Source of the DNA: Candidatus Thorarchaeota archaeon
GTDB taxonomy: Archaea > Asgardarchaeota > Thorarchaeia > Thorarchaeales > Thorarchaeaceae
Length of the DNA: 22,317 nt
NCBI GenBank assembly: GCA_029858305.1
Contig: JAOUFI010000033.1
Span: 1-22,317 of the forward strand
Direction of reading: 5' to 3'
Under the pieces are notes generated by a model, which was not told where the DNA came from, searched no databases, and saw only the letters and a list, made by a program, of their open reading frames with translations. The translations under genes and the position numbers were made by a program. Within the stretch, counting starts at the first letter, position 1. Every line of letters starts with the position of its first letter. Below are positions 19,585 through 22,317 of this stretch, piece by piece.

Positions 19585-19675
19585 CTTTGGCAGCTCCGAA
19601 GGTTACGAATGACTATTTCATTATTATTGTTCTATGCTAGGATCTCTTCTTTTGGTTATCTCAATTATATATGCT

Positions 19676-20518
19676 CTACTTCTGACAACGAGGGCAGAAA
19701 TAGACCTGACCTCCACCATGGGTTATCATCTCGATTCTCGCCCCACATTCAGGACAGTCCTTTTCTTTCATATTAGAACCCATTACAGGAGTGTATCGTC
19801 CTTGTTCTCCAAAAAGGTTCTTCCAACTATCTTTTCCCCCTGAGCAGATACGTGCATTTAGAATCTGCTTCATTGCATCGTACAAATCATGTTTCTCATC
19901 ATCATCTAAGGATGATGTGTTTCTCTTTGGATGAATTCTTGCTTTATAGATTATCTCTTGAAATGCAGCATTACTCAAACCAACTACTATTGCTGTCCTA
20001 CCAACAATAGCAGCTTTGATATTCTGTTTCTTTGCATCCAATAGCTCGCAAAATCTTTCGAATGTAAACTCATGCTCTCCAACTGGTGAGGGTGTATCTG
20101 AAAAATCTCGCTTTATGACATAGAGGTCTTTGACCCCGCTATCGGAAGCTGCAAGGATGCATCCCATACCTGTCTGTCTAATAGTAAAGAAAGTATCATC
20201 ACTGAATTCAATCTTTAGGTGATGCTTCTTAGGTAGAGAATCTCTGTCTTTATGATAAAGAATTTCAGCTCCATAGTCTGGACACAAAACAAGATTCATC
20301 TTCTTGTTCATCTTGATATGAATCACATTGCCTCTGTAATTGATTGATTTGATAGTACAGCCAACTAACCTATCATAATCATCACGGTTCTTATTGATGA
20401 ATCCGACTCTCTGAAGTTTCTCGAAATCTTGAAGGTCGTATGATTTGATTTTCTTGTCGAGGAGAATTTGAGTCATTTGTTCAGCAAGAATCTGAATTTC
20501 TGGAAGCTCAACACTCAC
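19676..20518 (-). CDS. Fpg/Nei (MutM-like) DNA glycosylase family protein with a divergent active site
   Basis: N-terminal ELPE, H2TH-like GLSNA..EI.YKARIHP, C-terminal zinc finger CPECG...FCPRCQ. Start is GTG 20518 (MSVELPE) or TTG 20527. Confidence 0.88.
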   Translation of the reverse strand: MSVELPEIQILAEQMTQILLDKKIKSYDLQDFEKLQRVGFINKNRDDYDRLVGCTIKSINYRGNVIHIKMNKKMNLVLCPDYGAEILYHKDRDSLPKKHHLKIEFSDDTFFTIRQTGMGCILAASDSGVKDLYVIKRDFSDTPSPVGEHEFTFERFCELLDAKKQNIKAAIVGRTAIVVGLSNAAFQEIIYKARIHPKRNTSSLDDDEKHDLYDAMKQILNARICSGGKDSWKNLFGEQGRYTPVMGSNMKEKDCPECGARIEMITHGGGQVYFCPRCQK

Positions 20519-20860
20519 TGGATTCAACTTCCCAAACGCGATGTTTTCTGATATTAGATATGATTTATACGTTTTACCTCAAGTAGAATCCTCGTATTCT
20601 CAAACTGTCAGGGAGACGCTCTCATCTTTTATATATCAATTCCAGTCTACATATAGTACAACTATAGATACTGAATATCTCCTGATACAATAAGATCTGA
20701 AAAAACATGTGTAGCACACTCAACACCACATTAAAGTCAATGCAGGTTAGCCAGAATTGTTAATATTCAATAGAGCTGTTCGCGCCTTCAAAGCAGCGTG
20801 ATAGACAGAATCTGTGTGCTCTCATCCTGCATTGCTATTATTCTCATCAAGTTCACTCAT

Positions 20861-21070
20861 TCAATCCTGTATTGGACTGCTCAGGATTCTAGGATCAGTC
20901 CCCCTTTCTTCTAGCTCCTTTTCGATTCTTGAAATATGTACCGAGCTAGCAACGACTGCATTCTTCAGAGTCACCAGCATTAGCTTAAGCTCGCTATCTG
21001 AGTGAGTTCTGATTTTCCTTGGTAGTAAGACATTGAGTGCGTGCTTGCGTCCGCTAATTGTCTCAGTCAT
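20861..21070 (-). CDS. Small helical hypothetical protein (paralog 2)
   Basis: 69 aa from ATG 21070, preceded by a very strong SD (GGAGGAGGTGGTGA). Paralog of 6350..6577. Confidence 0.82.
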   Translation of the reverse strand: MTETISGRKHALNVLLPRKIRTHSDSELKLMLVTLKNAVVASSVHISRIEKELEERGTDPRILSSPIQD

Positions 21071-21215
21071 CTTCTTCACCACCTCCTCCCATTTGATTGT
21101 GATGCTTGGAAAAATCCTGAAAAGAAACGACATGTTTGCTGGGTATTGCTTTCTGTAAGTTTGAAAATTTAGCGCATTCTCTGCTCCATGCTTCGTATGG
21201 GATTTTCCTTTTCAT
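21063..21215 (-). CDS. Putative 50-aa small protein, not in the ORF track
   Basis: MKRKIPYEAWSRECAKFSNLQKAIPSKHVVSFQDFSKHHNQMGGGGEEDD. SD GGGGTGAT lies 5 nt before the ATG. The stop overlaps the next start (ATGACTGA). Confidence 0.5.
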   Translation of the reverse strand: MKRKIPYEAWSRECAKFSNLQKAIPSKHVVSFQDFSKHHNQMGGGGEEDD

Positions 21216-21348
21216 TTGACATCACCCCTGTTGATATTCTCAACCTTTAAGATCCGAATCATTGACTGGTTTCGGATTTTCTATCTTGAGTCTGTGAAGC
21301 TTGGACTATCCCTGCGTTGCATGCTGTTGTTTTTTATCGAATGCGTAA

Positions 21349-21459
21349 GTGTATTCATGTGTGCGATTTCATTGAAGATTCAATGTTCAAGTAAATATAG
21401 TACACCAAAAGTAATAATCTTAGTCAATTTTCAATCAAGCACAAGTTGTGTATTCATGT
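21349..21459. repeat. 12-bp direct repeat GTGTATTCATGT, two copies
   Basis: Exact copies at 21349-21360 and 21448-21459 in a long AT-rich intergenic region. Confidence 0.6.
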
Positions 21460-21774
21460 TTCTATCGAAACATCAATCGAAGAAATTTGCACGCTTTCGT
21501 TCATATTTTGTAGTTTCATAAAAACCTACTTTATTCAATGCTAGTTGTCCACTTTTTGTTTGGTGAACAGACTATCGCAAGTTATCAATTGATGATGGAG
21601 ATGAAACATCATTCTATTCATCTATGTCATATATCGACATGTAACGAAATCACAACGACCCAATTCGTGCCAATCATTATCACAAAGATGCACAGTTTTT
21701 GCAATCGACCATGGTTATGGAGTGGCATTCTTTAGCTCATCATCGTTAAATGTAATTTTGCTAAAATAGAAATT

Positions 21775-22317
21775 ATGTCGGATATGCTAAGTAGAGCCAT
21801 ACATCACGCATTAGAAGCAAGCAGTAATCCTGAGCGGAAAGAGAAAATAGCTGAGTACCTAAAAACTTCATCCTTAGGATTCATTGGAGTGGAACTCCCT
21901 GACATACATAGTATCGTCAAATCTCATATACGCAGTCTCAACATTGATGATTTTCCTAGTCTAATGACAGCGTTATGGGGTATCGAGACATTCGAAACCA
22001 GAGTAGCGGCTATTGATATCTTGAAGGAGTATGCCAAAAAGGGCAATGTTGATACAGCTATGGATATCGCTGATAACTGGATAGATGATGCAGATACTTG
22101 GGGAATAACGGACCCTCTCTGTTCTCCTACGATCGGATCCCTTATTCTACGCGATCCTAAAGTTGAAGTGACTCTCAAATCCTGGCGCAATTCTGATAAC
22201 TTCTGGAGACGTCGATGCTCAGTATTGCCCTACCTATATCTAACACTAAAGGCTCAACATACGCCAGAGTTCAATAAGAAGATTCTCGAGGCTGTTACGC
22301 CCCACATATCTGATGAA
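21775..22317 (+). CDS. DNA alkylation repair protein (AlkD-like HEAT-repeat family), 3' end runs off the window
   Basis: Not in the ORF track; translated by hand as MSDMLSRAIHHALEASSNPERKEKIAEYLK...FIGVELPDI...LW..ETFETRVAAIDIL...DTWGITD...SWRNSDNFWRRRCS..., open to the window end. Confidence 0.88.
   Translation, partial: MSDMLSRAIHHALEASSNPERKEKIAEYLKTSSLGFIGVELPDIHSIVKSHIRSLNIDDFPSLMTALWGIETFETRVAAIDILKEYAKKGNVDTAMDIADNWIDDADTWGITDPLCSPTIGSLILRDPKVEVTLKSWRNSDNFWRRRCSVLPYLYLTLKAQHTPEFNKKILEAVTPHISDE

Noticed and set aside
21212-21358. Possible TAG readthrough (pyrrolysine) joining MNTLTHS...DSR* to KIRNQSMIRILK...
   Set aside because: A single in-frame TAG between short ORFs is expected by chance. 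There are no pyl genes in the window and no homology support.
21349-21459. Direct repeat as a CRISPR remnant
   Set aside because: Only two 12-bp copies with an 87-bp gap, and no cas genes nearby.
21216-21735. Plus-strand ORFs 21216..21521 and 21538..21735
   Set aside because: Their composition reflects AT-rich intergenic DNA. They have no SD or recognisable motifs.
21886-21906. GVELPDI in the AlkD-like protein resembling VELPEI at the Fpg N-terminus
   Set aside because: It matches the ordinary GVxxP motif of AlkD-like proteins. The folds are unrelated, so this is coincidence.

Overview
A gene-dense prokaryotic window with about 21 protein-coding genes. It is probably archaeal, possibly Asgard/Thorarchaeia-like; this is an inference from gene content, GGAGGT/GGTGA Shine-Dalgarno use and TATA-like boxes, and is not proven. 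Contents in order: a tldD-pmbA(tldE) pair, a divergent M48/HtpX-type protease, a DHA2 MFS transporter, two paralogous small membrane proteins, an ABC-2 exporter operon, an EamA/DMT transporter, an HtrA-like protease, an ICMT-family methyltransferase, a DUF362 protein, a PAS histidine kinase / wHTH regulator / REC-GAF-PAS cluster, a tandem SRPBCC protein, a polyprenol kinase, a divergent Fpg/Nei-like protein and a partial AlkD-like protein. I saw no rRNA, tRNA, CRISPR array or mobile element. The most notable observations are: (i) two dispersed paralogs of an unrecognised ~70-aa helical protein that resembles an internally shortened uL29, one of them coupled to a 50-codon ORF missing from the ORF track; (ii) an attenuator-like leader with uORFs and mutually exclusive hairpins ahead of the ABC exporter; (iii) an EF-hand-like loop inserted in the M48 protease; (iv) an Fpg-like protein lacking the canonical catalytic Pro, Lys and Arg. 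All family calls come from motif recognition by eye, not from database searches.
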